Origin: the human T2T-CHM13v2.0 reference genome, Homo sapiens | DNA: 64,000 nt | Strand: one strand, 5' to 3' | NCBI RefSeq assembly: GCF_009914755.1 | Contig: NC_060935.1 | Part shown: positions 53,010 to 64,000 of the stretch, piece after piece | Numbering within the stretch: the first letter of the stretch is position 1 | Layout: every line of letters starts with the position of its first letter | Notes under the pieces: generated by a model | The model's database searches: none | Told to the model about the DNA's origin: nothing | What the model saw: the letters and a program-made list of their open reading frames with translations, nothing else | Program-made: the position numbers and the translations under genes

Positions 53010-53545
53010 TGTGGGTTGCCTTCACATCAACCACTTCGCTCTTTCCCTTTCTTAACGGCTACAGTTTCTGTTTAGGGATCAGTGTGAGTTCAGAGAAACT
53101 GAATTTATCTCTGGTTCCCTAGGTGAAACACATGAACTAAACTAAGCCAATCGGGGTATCACATTACTCACAGGGTTTGGTTTAGGGATAGGCCTGCCAT
53201 CTAAGCTGCTCCAATCATGGAGAATCTAAGAACTTGCAGTGAGAACGCTGAAGCAATGTCACTCTCTTAAACTGGTTGTGCACAAGGAATGCTGCTGGCA
53301 GCCAGGTGAGGGTTGCCTAGCCTGTAAATGAAGGAAGTAGGCAGATACAGAGATGGAATCCTTGGTTAATCTACTGGATTAAGTTGATGACTTTGGCAGT
53401 GGAGGGATTCTGGACTTTCCGGATACTTGAGCCCATAAATAACCTCCACTATTTAATCAAATTTGACTCTTCAACTTACAACAATAAACATTCTAACTAA
53501 TCAAATTTGACTCTTTCACTGGCAACAATAAACATTCTAACTGCT
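53010..53545 (+). mobile_element. MLT1J/K-like LTR with a duplicated 3' end
   Basis: ctaagccaatc..ttggtttagggataggc..ctggactttcc..gagcccataaat..cattctaact. Confidence 0.6.
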
Positions 53546-54202
53546 GCAGAAGTCACCCAGGCTTCTTATGCTACAGACCAGGTTATTAGGCTGAAAGAAA
53601 GAAAGCACTTGTCCAAGATGGCACAGCTGGCTCATGAAAAGTCAAGCCTAGAGTCCAGGATTCTGCCTACCCAGCCTAACTGATCTTGGCAATGCAACAT
53701 GCTGGGATTCCAAGGTCCCATAGTAATTAAAGTGAAGCTCTAAGATTTCCAAAGTATTTAGAATGTATTCTTTCTGGAAGAGTTGTAGTTAAGTACAAAC
53801 TTTTAAATATTTAGAAAGAAAAATAGCAAGAGTGAAAACAAATACACTGTGGAATAAACATTTTCACTTTGTATTAGAAAATATATTTGGCTATTTTGAA
53901 AAATCTTTGAAGCTGCATGCTTTGGCTTAGATACTTCTCTATACCTCACTGTGCCAGCACCACATTGGTCATATTAGGTACTCAAATTATTCTTTGTTTA
54001 ATATGTTTTTCTTACTAGGTTTTACATTGTGCATGCAGGAACATTTCCAGCACTCTGCACAGTGTTTGGTGCATGGCAGATTCTAAATAAACATGCATTA
54101 ATGAAATTGAAGTACGCCACCCTCTGTGCTTGGTACCCAAGGTTCAAGGGCAACTTGCTATGTAACCATGTAACTTGGCCCACTTACATAGTCTGTCTAG
54201 AG

Positions 54203-54463
54203 CAGCACTGTCCAAAAGAAATACATGAGTCTTAAATGTGAGCAGTGCATGTAATTTAAAATTTTATAGTAGACGCATTAATAAAAGTAAAAATAAACCA
54301 GTGAAATTAATTTGTATGTATCCCAATATGCCCTAAAATTATCATTTAACATAAAATCAATATAAAAATATTAATGAAATATTACCCTTACAACACAACT
54401 TAATTCAGACTAGCCACATATTATGTGGTGACATATCACCAGTGGCTACATTGGACAGCTCAG
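54203..54463. mobile_element. MER33-like hAT-Charlie MITE
   Basis: cagcactgtccaa..gtaatttaaaattttatagtag..agtggctacattggacagc. Confidence 0.75.
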
Positions 54464-55691
54464 GGTTGGGCATAATCTATGTCTATGACTATGTATACAA
54501 ATAATTCTCCATGAGCTAAGTTGTGATAGAATTTCATGTGAAAACCAATCTTTCAGAAATACCAATCTTTCACAGTACCATCACTACATATAAAAGAGTG
54601 CTGGTGTTACTTTAAATTCTCTAAAAGTAGTACTTGTCACACTAAAAGCTATGCCTTCACAGTGCCCAAAGATGAAGATGTTAGTATCATTATGGAACAA
54701 GATGTCGTTAGCACTCAATACAATTGCCTTTCCATTCAGGATGTTTTTGTTTATTTTTGTTTTTTTATCATGCAAATTTAACTTTTATGGCATAATGAGT
54801 CTAGTGGAACAGCCAGTCAGGTGGACTTATGAAGTAATAGAGATTTTTCTGACTGAAGTTAACATAGGACACATTGGAGACACACAGGAGTCAATAGTAA
54901 TTTTAGCTGGAGGTGGAGAAAGCAGGTAGGAAAGAAATCTCATGGAGGAGAAAAACTTAAAATGATGTTGGAAAATGAGCAGAGAGCCACTAGGACCAAG
55001 ATAACTAAGTCCACTCTATTCTACTGCTCTGAGCTGTAGTGATGGATAGCAAGTGGGGTAGCAGAGGAAAGGTGGCCTGGGTCCTGTTGGGGCAGCAGCA
55101 TGGGAAACCTTGCTGAAAAAGGCACAGAGGGAAGCTCTGTGCTTGGGGGATAGTCAGTCAAATGCAAAAGGCCAAAGTGATTGCAATTTACATATTTCCA
55201 TTTTGAGACTCCACCCCCGCCCCAGCCCCTTTTAACCCATATGGTTTTGATAATTATTTTTAAATGGAAATTCAGAGAGCAGCAGGCAGTAAGTACTTGA
55301 ATTAGGACTTCATATTGAGAGGCTCCATGGGGCACATGGCAAGTTGTATTTCTTCCTCCCAATAAACCATAGGGGAAAGCTGGCATTTCTAATCCTAATT
55401 GTAGGAGTTCTGTTCCCTTTTACTCTGACCATCAATTCTTAAGGAGGAGAAAAAGAGGGCTGGCTGCTTACTCCCGCCTTCAAGATTGCCACTCCCCTGC
55501 TATGCACACAATAAACACTTGTTAGAGAGACAGAGTTGGCTTATCTGTAAATAACATCGAGTCCCCAGGACATCGGAACACAGGGTCCCTGGGGAGTCAG
55601 CCATTTGGGCTAGCACATTGACAACCTCTAAGTGGTGGCTGTCTCCTAACAAAATAAGTATTCTGAGTTTGTATGTATCACTAGTCTACTG

Positions 55692-56003
55692 CAGTGATTC
55701 CCAAATGCTGATCCACAAAATAGCTCTCTCAGGTCTGAAGAAAATGAATTTTAGAATAATGTAGTGTTTAAATGTGTATGAGAGAAAGGTTGCCAACTAT
55801 CCTTTCTGGAAAGGATTGTGTTCTTGTTCTATACAGGTCTGTGCTAATTTAAAAGAAAACCATTTTGTTAAATGGGATTTCTAATAGATAACGGTTATTT
55901 TTAACATGATTATTTTCTAAAGTACGATGCTAGAAAGCCTATAATAAATTTCCACTTTTAGAAATTTTACTGTTCAGGAAATCCAAAAACCTAGGAACCA
56001 CTG
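55692..56003 (-). mobile_element. hAT-Charlie MITE (MER102-like)
   Basis: Terminal inverted repeats cagtgattccc..ggaaccactg; aaattttactgttcaggaaatccaaaa near the end. Confidence 0.5.
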
Positions 56004-58444
56004 GGACAGCAAAAACAGTGGCTTGAGAATCAAACCAATGATATAGAACTACATCATTGCTTGACCACTTACAAAGTGATGGCTTTGGGCAAATTATAGT
56101 ATTTAGCTTCTCTGGGGCTTGTTTTTTCTGTTTAGAGTTGTAATAATTGATGTTTAATTAATAGAGTCTATGTGAAAATTAAATAATATCACATACGTAA
56201 AATGTTTCAGAATTAATTTTCCTCCCTCTCTTGCCCTTTTCCACCTAGTTAATGACTATATCCTTTAATGATCAGGAAGGATCTGAAAATTTGGCGTAAT
56301 AGCCTCCCAAACTCTCTTACATATACGACACTCCCCATAAACAGACAGACAAGATAAGTTAGTCCCCGCTTGACCTGTGTAATCACAAAAGGACACATGT
56401 AAATGATTTTAGTACTGGTTATGCTTTAATGAATTTCTATTTATATTACCTTCCACATTGTCTGTGATGGCAAGAGTGAGCCTTTATCTTCTCTTTATCT
56501 TCAGCACAAAGTATGGTGCATGTGTCAGAGCAGCTGGCATTTAAATAACTGTAAATGGTACAGGAGGAAGGAACACATGCACATTATTATAGGCATACTG
56601 CCATTTCCTGCTGTCATGCAGAAAAGGCTCAAGACTGAACCTCTAGCTTGGTCATGCTATAATTCTGACTGAATACAAACCCATATAAGGACCATGTTAA
56701 GTAATAACATGGACTCCCTTGAAGGAAATAAAGTTCTCTTGAAGACAGTGGCAATGAAAGTAGAGAAAAAGGAATACACTGAAGAAACACTGAGGATATA
56801 GGAAAAAAATAATTTTTGCTAAAACATCATCTTGCACGTACATTAGTAGCAACTGAGTATTCCTTAGTCTGGAATTAAATTGATTCTACTACCTCCCACC
56901 GTGTGATTATTGACAGTTTATGTCTCCTACTGGCATTATGCAAAAGGTGACAGCTGATTAAAGGGAAGATGAGTCACTCAAAAAATCTTGCTTTAGGTAA
57001 AGGAATAAATAGAGAAAATATACAATTTTCTTTACTGAGACATTAGATACAAGTAGCATAAGGAATGGTAATTAGAATCAATATACGGTTTTTAAAGAGG
57101 GTTAGAAAAACCCATGTAGTTAGGACAATTAATGACATTGTCTAAAAAGAACCTGAAAAGGTCAACTAAATAATTTATCTTAATGTTCACAATAATGAAT
57201 AAGCCCAAGATTTCAAATGGATTTGATTAAGCACAATCTTCAAGAGTATATTGTTCTTTGATCAACCTGAAAGCCACCTACACAACACAAATTGACATTA
57301 GTGCAAGCACTTAATGAAGCAAAAAAAAAAAAAAAAAAAAAAGCAAACCAAATAGGCTATAACATAAAAATAGAAATTCTAGGTTGCTATTGAGCAAATG
57401 ACATTTTAAATCATCTTACAAAAGAGTCTGACCCAATTCCCAGTAAATGTACATATACCCACATCGCCAAAGTTTTGAGTAGGGGGAGAAGGATAGTAGG
57501 AAGTGTTTAGAAGTTTGCACTATGAATCTGAATCCTAGTTTTGGCCTTTATTAGCTGACTTGCTTTGTAAATGTAACAATATCTCTGAATCTCCACTTTC
57601 TGAATTGTAGAGATAGAAATGCCTACTTCACAATTTTTTTGATAATATAGAGATAAACGTCAAAAACTCTAACTTTGTTTTTGATGCCTATTGAGTTTTA
57701 TGAAATATTTTCTCCCCTCCCATACATGAGTTAGTAAGAAGAAGTGGAAAGCACGGCCTTTGAAACTAGAAACCACCACCCTGCCATCTATTGTAACTTT
57801 ATCTTAGCTTCAGTCCGTGTATTAGTAAAATGTAAAAAAATCAATCATACCGTATTATAAAGGTAGATTTCATAAGTGTTTAACAAATAGTCTTACTTAT
57901 CTTATGATCTGATTTCTATTCCTTTTTTATTTTCCAAAGGAAAACTTAAAAGTTTTTGTTTGCAGCATCCTAAGCAACAATCAACTCACTTTTTAGTCCT
58001 TTCGAATGCCACAATGAAGGGAGAGTTTTCTGACACACAGCCACAAGCATCCCCTGGTATGTACATGTGTCAGTCTTATCCATCACACCTCCTCCTATGC
58101 CCAGGGTTGAATGTTTTTCAAGCAATCTGTAGCTTAATTTATGTCAAAGTAATAGAGTGCCAGCAGGATTGTTTTAATGGATTTGGTTTGGATAGACTTT
58201 GCCTGCTCAGTAAATCCAGCAAAACATCAGAGCATACTTCACAGCCAGGAAGGATGCTGAGCTTGGCCCTTGTTCCCTCCCTCCCCAACATACTCCTCGC
58301 TAAGTTTTTACAATGCTCTCTTACAATAGGCTCATGTACCAAGGCCAAAATTTACATTATATTCTTATGCATAACCAGTTAAATAATCACAATGCTATGC
58401 TGATTCACTTAAGTAAAATATTTAAATAAAAATTAATCTTTTAG

Positions 58445-59060
58445 ATGATAATGATAACAATGGGTTGATGATGTTGAGAATGATAACTGGCAGTAGCTGG
58501 ATTGGGGTGGTGATGGTGGTAGAGATGAAGGCAGTAGCGATGGATGTGCTGATAGTGACGGTGGTGGTTTCACTAGTGGTAGTGAGTTAAGAAGTGTTGG
58601 TTGTGGACATTTTTGGTGTGCTTGAGCATTAAGATCCCTGGTTTGTAGCATTTGCCTATTTTTCAAGGAGTGAACACCCCTACCATGGCCTACTTTTGAG
58701 CTGCCAGTAAGTCAGTGAATGCTGAATTGGGAAGAGATGTTAACAATTATATCTCATGAGCTGGTATAAGCCAGTTTCAGCACCCCACTAAGAAACAGTG
58801 GCGTTAGAAGCTGTGGTGTGGTAGTGATGATGGTGGTAACAGTGGTAATGGTACTAATGGCAGCAGTAGCAGTGATGGCAGATGACACGAACAGTGATGA
58901 TGATGATGATGGAGATGGTGGTGATGGTGATAACAGTAGTAGATGGTGATGGTGATAGTGGTGGTGATGTTAGTAGTAACGGTGATGATAGTGGAATAGT
59001 TGATTGTGGTGGGGGTAGTGATGGTGACATTGGTAATGGTTATGGATATAACAGTGGTCA
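58445..59060 (+). repeat. Degenerate (GGT/GAT/AGT)n trinucleotide low-complexity tract
   Basis: gatgatggtggt..gtgatgatgatg..; interrupted by MER63. Confidence 0.85.
58592..58789 (-). mobile_element. MER63A hAT-Blackjack MITE
   Basis: tttgtagcatttgcc..ccatggcc..ttgggaagagatg..ctcatgagctggta..cagcaccccact. Confidence 0.7.
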
Positions 59061-59732
59061 CTTTAGCATAATGCTTTATAATATACAAGGTACTTTTGCT
59101 TTACCTTATTTAAATTACTTTATTTAACTCTGAGGTTAAATATTTGGTTAACAATACTTTAATCTCTTTTTACAGACTAGAAAACTGAACCTGAAGGGTT
59201 CACTAAGTAAGTCTTAGTGATTAGACTAGGCCTTGAAAGTAGCTCTGCTTTAGAATTCTAGCTTTGCCTCTTCCTGTCTATACAACCTTGCCCATTTGTA
59301 TCGTCTTTAAAATAGCGAAACTAACGCATTCATTTTAGAATTTGCAGGAAAGTATTAATATATTGAAATTATTTCAAATTGCAATGAGATATGAGATAAT
59401 ATAAGATATAATTACTTGTAATGAAAGGAAAATAAATTTTAACTTCCTAGGGATTATGGGTCTGTTAAATAAAAGATTTTTGTTCATTTATTGTTCGTGT
59501 ATTATAACATTTTGTTTGTTTTGTTTTTGTCCATTGACTATCGTGAATACTCAACAGATGAGCATTTGTTCCTAAGGACTGAGGAGCATTTACTTGTTTT
59601 GTATAATAGGTATAAAAGGATTTAGTTCTCCTCAAATAGTCTTTGAGAGAAGCTGCTAAGAAAAGAGAAGAGGGGTAAGAGCAAGAAGAGTAAACAACAA
59701 AGTAGAAATGGGCTGGAATTAGGAGAGAACAG

Positions 59733-60232
59733 TATAGTAGGCTGAATAATCGCCATTCAAAGATGTCTTGTCCTAATACCTAGAACCTATAAATGCTATC
59801 TCAAAAGTAAAAAGAGGGGAATAATGGGGAGGGTTTTCTGCATATGTGGTTGTGAATCTCAGCATAGGAAGATTGCCCTGGATTATCTAGGTAGGTCCTA
59901 AAGTAATCACAAATGTCCTTATAAGAAAAGGGCAAAATGATATTGAACAAACATGAAGAAGAGAAAGTGATGTAATGATATAGGCAGAAATTCGAGTAAT
60001 GCTACCACAAGCAAAGGAATGCCAGAAGCCACCAGAAGCTATAAGAGGAATGGATTCCCCTTAGAACTTGTGGAGAGATTTTGGCCTTGCCAACACACTG
60101 ATTTGTATCCTAATGATACTAGTTTAGGATTTCCAGCAACTAGAAATATAAGATAATAAATATCTGTTGTTTGTTGTTTTAAGCTACAAAGTTTGTAGTA
60201 TTTTGTTACAATAGCCACAGAAAACTAATACA
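59733..60232 (+). mobile_element. MLT1C/D-like MaLR solo LTR
   Basis: taggctgaataat..ctggattatctaggtaggtcctaa..gccacagaaaactaataca; perfect TSD aacag at 59728-32 and 60233-37. Confidence 0.88.
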
Positions 60233-60540
60233 AACAGTGAAATTTCTCAGTGTTTCACAAAAGGATCCTAGAAATAGGATGTTTAATATGGATTTTAACA
60301 TTGTTTGCATTGCTTCACTATTAATCTCATTTCGGCATTCTCCTCCTTAAAAAAATGAAACAACCAACAAACAAAACTTCACCAAAGTGAATTATACCTA
60401 CAAATGCTTCACTCAAGTGGGTTTGAATTTGTTTTATACTAAAAGGAATGTGAAGATTCATATATGGGACAAGGAACAGCATTACAGACATGGAGCCAAG
60501 GAAACATGGATGCCATGACAATGTGAGAAAGATCATTTGA

Positions 60541-60864
60541 GGCTGGGCACGGTGGCTCACGCCTGTAATCCCAGCACTTTGGGAGGCCGAGGTGGGCGGA
60601 TCACGAGGTCAGGAGATCGAGACCATCCTGGCTAACACGTTGAAACCCCGTCTCTATTAAAAACACAAAAAATTAGCCGGGCGTGGTGGCGGGCGCCTGT
60701 GGTCCCAGCTACTCAGGAGGCTGAGGCAGGAGAATAGAGTGAACCCGGGAGGCAGAGAGAGCAGTGAGCCGAAGCATGCAGTGAGCCAAGATAGCACCAC
60801 TGCAGTCCAGGCTGGGTGAAAGAGCGAGACTCTGTCTCAAAAAAAAAAAAAAAAAAAAAAAAAA
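60541..60864 (+). mobile_element. Full-length AluY with an internal 17-nt duplication
   Basis: gatcgagaccatcctggctaacacg Y-diagnostic motif, retained CpGs, A26 tail; TSD gaaagatca(t/c)ttga at 60527-40 and 60866-79. Confidence 0.96.
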
Positions 60865-60979
60865 GGAAAGATCACTTGAGAAAACTGGGAAGAGAGAAAT
60901 TGTTTTTACACAGTCCATAGAGTTGGAGAAGGTTCAGATTAAGAACTTAAGTGGTGGGGGTCACAGGGAAGAAAGTTTC

Positions 60980-61354
60980 TGTAGTGCGATAGATCCCCCA
61001 CCAGGTTCCTTAAGGGTGTATGTCTGCTGCCTGAACACTGAAGGCTGGGCCATGGTGCCCATTTGAGAAACAAACACAGAAAGTATTTGAGAACCTACTA
61101 AGATGAACAGTCTCATTGCTCAAACAGAGCTGGAAAAGAGCCAGAAAATTAGCTTTAAAGCAGTTTAGAGATGGGAGGCAGCACGGATCTTTAGAGCTAT
61201 CTTGCTTGCCGTCCAGGTGTGCCCTTTATGTAAGTCCTAATAAATTCATCTACTCATCAAGCTGGACTTGTCCAAGTCATTCGTTGGTCTTTCAACTCCT
61301 TTCCAGTTTGGGGGATAGGGGAGAATGTTAGAGTCCCATTTTTTTCTTGCAACA
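60980..61354 (+). mobile_element. LTR47-like ERVL solo LTR
   Basis: tgtagtgcgatagatcccccaccagg..gagccagaaaattagc..cctaataaa..gcaaca; TSD gtttc/gtctc. Confidence 0.75.
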
Positions 61355-61414
61355 GTCTCTTAAATGGTATGTGAGATACATTAGTTATTATCGTGTTTCA
61401 TTACTATAATTGTT

Positions 61415-61789
61415 TGTCTTAGTCAGTTTGGGTTGTCATAACAAAACACCACAAACTGGGTATCTTAAACTACAAATGTGTATTTTTCACAGTTGTAGAG
61501 ACTGGGAAGTCCAAGATCAAGGTGCCAGCAGATTTGGTTTTTGGTGAGGGCTCTCTTCCCAGTTTGCAGACAGCCACCTTCTTTCCATATCCTCACAAGG
61601 CCATGACAGGAAGCTCTGGTATCTCTTCTTCTCAATATAAGAGTGTTAATTCCATCTTGGGGAGTCCACCCTCATGTTCTTATAAAATCTAATTACGTTT
61701 CCAAGCCCCTGCCTCCTAATATCATCACCTTGGGAGTTAGGGCTTCAACACATGAATTTTGGAGAGATGTAAACATTCAGTCCTTAACA
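61415..61789 (-). mobile_element. MLT1A0-like MaLR solo LTR
   Basis: tgtcttagtc..gggaagtccaagatcaaggtgcc..aacattcagtccttaaca; perfect TSD ttgtt at 61410-14 and 61790-94. Confidence 0.9.
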
Positions 61790-61849
61790 TTGTTTTTATT
61801 ATTTGTTTAAGGCTATGACAGTTGTTAATAGTAGAGCAAGGGCAAGGAA

Positions 61850-62092
61850 GTATAGTGATAATGAGTACACAGACTAGAATGAGGTGGAAGATAGTTTGAA
61901 TTTGTGCTTCACTTAATAGAAACCATGTCCTTGAATCAATTATTTACTGTTATACTTTAATGTCCTCATACATCAAATAAAATAATATCTTCCCTCCTAA
62001 GGTTATAGTGAAGACTAAAGTAAATAAAGCATATAAAATGCTTAGCATCAATACTGACACATAATGAATGTTCAACAAAATCTAACTATTAT
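61850..62092 (+). mobile_element. MIR SINE
   Basis: cctaaggttatagtgaagactaaa..gcttagcatcaatactgacacataatgaatgttcaacaaa. Confidence 0.65.
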
Positions 62093-62475
62093 GATTATGA
62101 TTCTTATTATTTACTTAGATCTTCTTAATATAAATCTAATCTTCACTCAAATCTACTTGATTTGCCACTTTTCTTTGTCTTAATAGTATCTTAATTGGAA
62201 TCTGCTCAGGTACTCTCTCGAGGATGAGATTTAAATAACCAAATTGTATTGTTCGTGTAGTTTGCATTTAAGCCTGGGAGGCCTGAGGCAGCAGTGTTGA
62301 GGAAGCTTTTAAGTCACAGAGGAGAAAAAAGTGTGGCTTACTTTTGTACCAGTAAAACTGAAGACATGAAGAAAAATAATGAAGTCAGAACTTTAGAATT
62401 CATGGAGCTAGTCCGAATAGATAATGAAATGTCGTAGGCAAATTTAGGATAGATGCTATAAATTGTGAGTGTATG

Positions 62476-62956
62476 TATATTAGTTATCTATTATCATGTA
62501 ACAAATTACACAATAATTTCTGGCTTAAAACAACAAACTGTTACCTCTTAATTTTTATGTGTCAGAAATTCAGGAAGAGTTTACATGGGTGGCTTAGGCT
62601 CAGAGTCTCTCATGAAGTTGCAGTCAAGCTGATGGCTAGGGCTATAGAATTCATTTCTAATCACTTGGCTGTGGGCAGGAGGCCTCAGTTCCTCATCATA
62701 TGGGCCTCTTCACAGGGCTTCTTGAGTCTTTCCATGACACACTGGCTTCCCAAGAGCAAGTGATAAAAGAGAACCAGCAAGGTAGAAGGCATGATGCCTT
62801 TTATCATCCAATATTGGAAATGACACACAATAATGTCCACTATATTTGCTAGAAGTGAGTCATTATGTCTGATCCCCACTCCATGGGAGGAAAATTAGAC
62901 TCTACTCCTTCAGAGAAAGAGTATCAGCTTTTTGGACATATTTTAAAGCCACCACA
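62476..62956 (-). mobile_element. MLT1F/G-like MaLR LTR
   Basis: tattagttatctatt..tggcttaaaacaac..tctctcatgaagttgcagtcaag..ttttaaagccaccaca. Confidence 0.8.
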
Positions 62957-63070
62957 CTGCCAAAGATATAGCCATCCAGGATTAAACAAGTCACGCTGCA
63001 ATGGACCATGACAAGAAAATTGCCTGACCAAACTAATAGTTATTTCTTTTTTTTTTTGGATTAATATCTG

Positions 63071-64000
63071 TTTTATTTTATTTAATTTTTATTTATTTTA
63101 TTTTTTTTACTATACTTTAAGTTTTAGGGTACATGTGCACAATGTGCAGGTTTGTTAACATATGTATACATGTGCAATGTTGGTGTGCTGCACCCATTAA
63201 CTCTTCATTTGACATTAGGTATATCTCCTAATGCTATCCCTCCCCCCTCTCCCCACCCCACAACAGGCCCCAGTGTGTGATGTTCCCCTTCCTGTGTCCA
63301 TGTGTTCTCATTGTTCAATTCCCACCTATGAGTGAAAATATGCGGTGTTTGATTTTTTGTCCTTGAGATAGTTTGCTAAGAATGATGGTTTCCAGCTTCA
63401 TCCATGTCCTTGCAAAGGACATGAACTCATCCTTTTTTATGGCTGCATAGTATTCCATGGTGTATATGTGCCACAATTGCTTAATCCAGTCTATCATTGT
63501 TGGACATTTGGGTTGGTTCCAAGTCTTTGCTATTGTGAATACTGCCGCAATAAACATACGTGTGCATGTGTCTTTATAGCAGCATGATTTATAATCTTTG
63601 GGTATATAACCAGTAATGGGATGGCTGGGTCAAATGGTATTTCTAGTTCTAGATCCCTGAGGAATCACCACACTGACTTTCACAATGGTTGAACTAGTTT
63701 ACAGTCCCACCAACAGTGTAAAAGTGTTCCTATTTCTCCACATCCTCTCCAGCACCTGTTGTTTCCTGACATTTTAATGATTGCCATTCTAACTGCTGTG
63801 AGATGGTATCTCATTGTGGTTTTGATTTGCATTTTTCTGATGGCCAGTGATGACGAGCATTTTTTCATGTGTCTTTTGGCTGCATAAAGGTCTTCTTTTG
63901 AGAAATGTCTGTTCATATTCTTGGCCCACTTTTTGATGGGGTTGTTTTTTTCTTGTAAATTTGTTTGACCTCATTGTAGATTCTGGATATTAGCCCTTTG
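63071..64000 (-). mobile_element. Primate L1PA (about PA4-6) 3' end, continuing past the window
   Basis: T-rich tail, ttttagggtacatgtgcac 3' UTR; ORF2 C-terminal peptides [20 protein letters not shown] and WNQPKCPTMIDWIK..SLIGGN. Confidence 0.97.

Noticed and set aside
57321-57342. A22 tract as a processed-pseudogene or retro-insertion tail
   Set aside because: No recognisable upstream mRNA-like sequence or clear TSD; more likely an expanded A-run in an old LINE relic
58804-59127. His/Thr-rich and Met/Gly/Asp-rich ORFs
   Set aside because: By-products of the degenerate trinucleotide tract

Overview
AT-rich, CpG-poor primate (human-like) genomic DNA with no recognisable protein-coding gene, RNA gene, CpG island or prokaryotic-type system; it reads as intergenic or deep intronic sequence. 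It is dominated by interspersed repeats: many MIR, L2 and CR1 relics; three Alus; several L1 3' ends, including a 5'-inverted (twin-primed) L1PA15/16-like copy and an L1PA at the window end with a probable short 3' transduction; about 18 LTR insertions (MaLR THE1/MST/MLT1, ERVL MLT2/LTR47, ERV1 MER34/39-like), including one full-length THE1A provirus with a perfect TSD; and DNA-transposon MITEs (Tigger3a, MER5A, MER33, MER53, MER58B, MER63A, MER102/103-like). The ORFs I could interpret are repeat-derived or look like chance frames. The best second-look items are repeat-free, motif-dense islands that may be enhancers (about 6.6, 20.6, 37.9 and 56.9 kb), perfect hairpins, a templated-insertion scar, nested insertions and a few possible cryptic or lncRNA exons. 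I found no convincing new biological system. Family calls come from remembered consensus sequences, not a database search. Subfamily names and the boundaries of old repeats are approximate.
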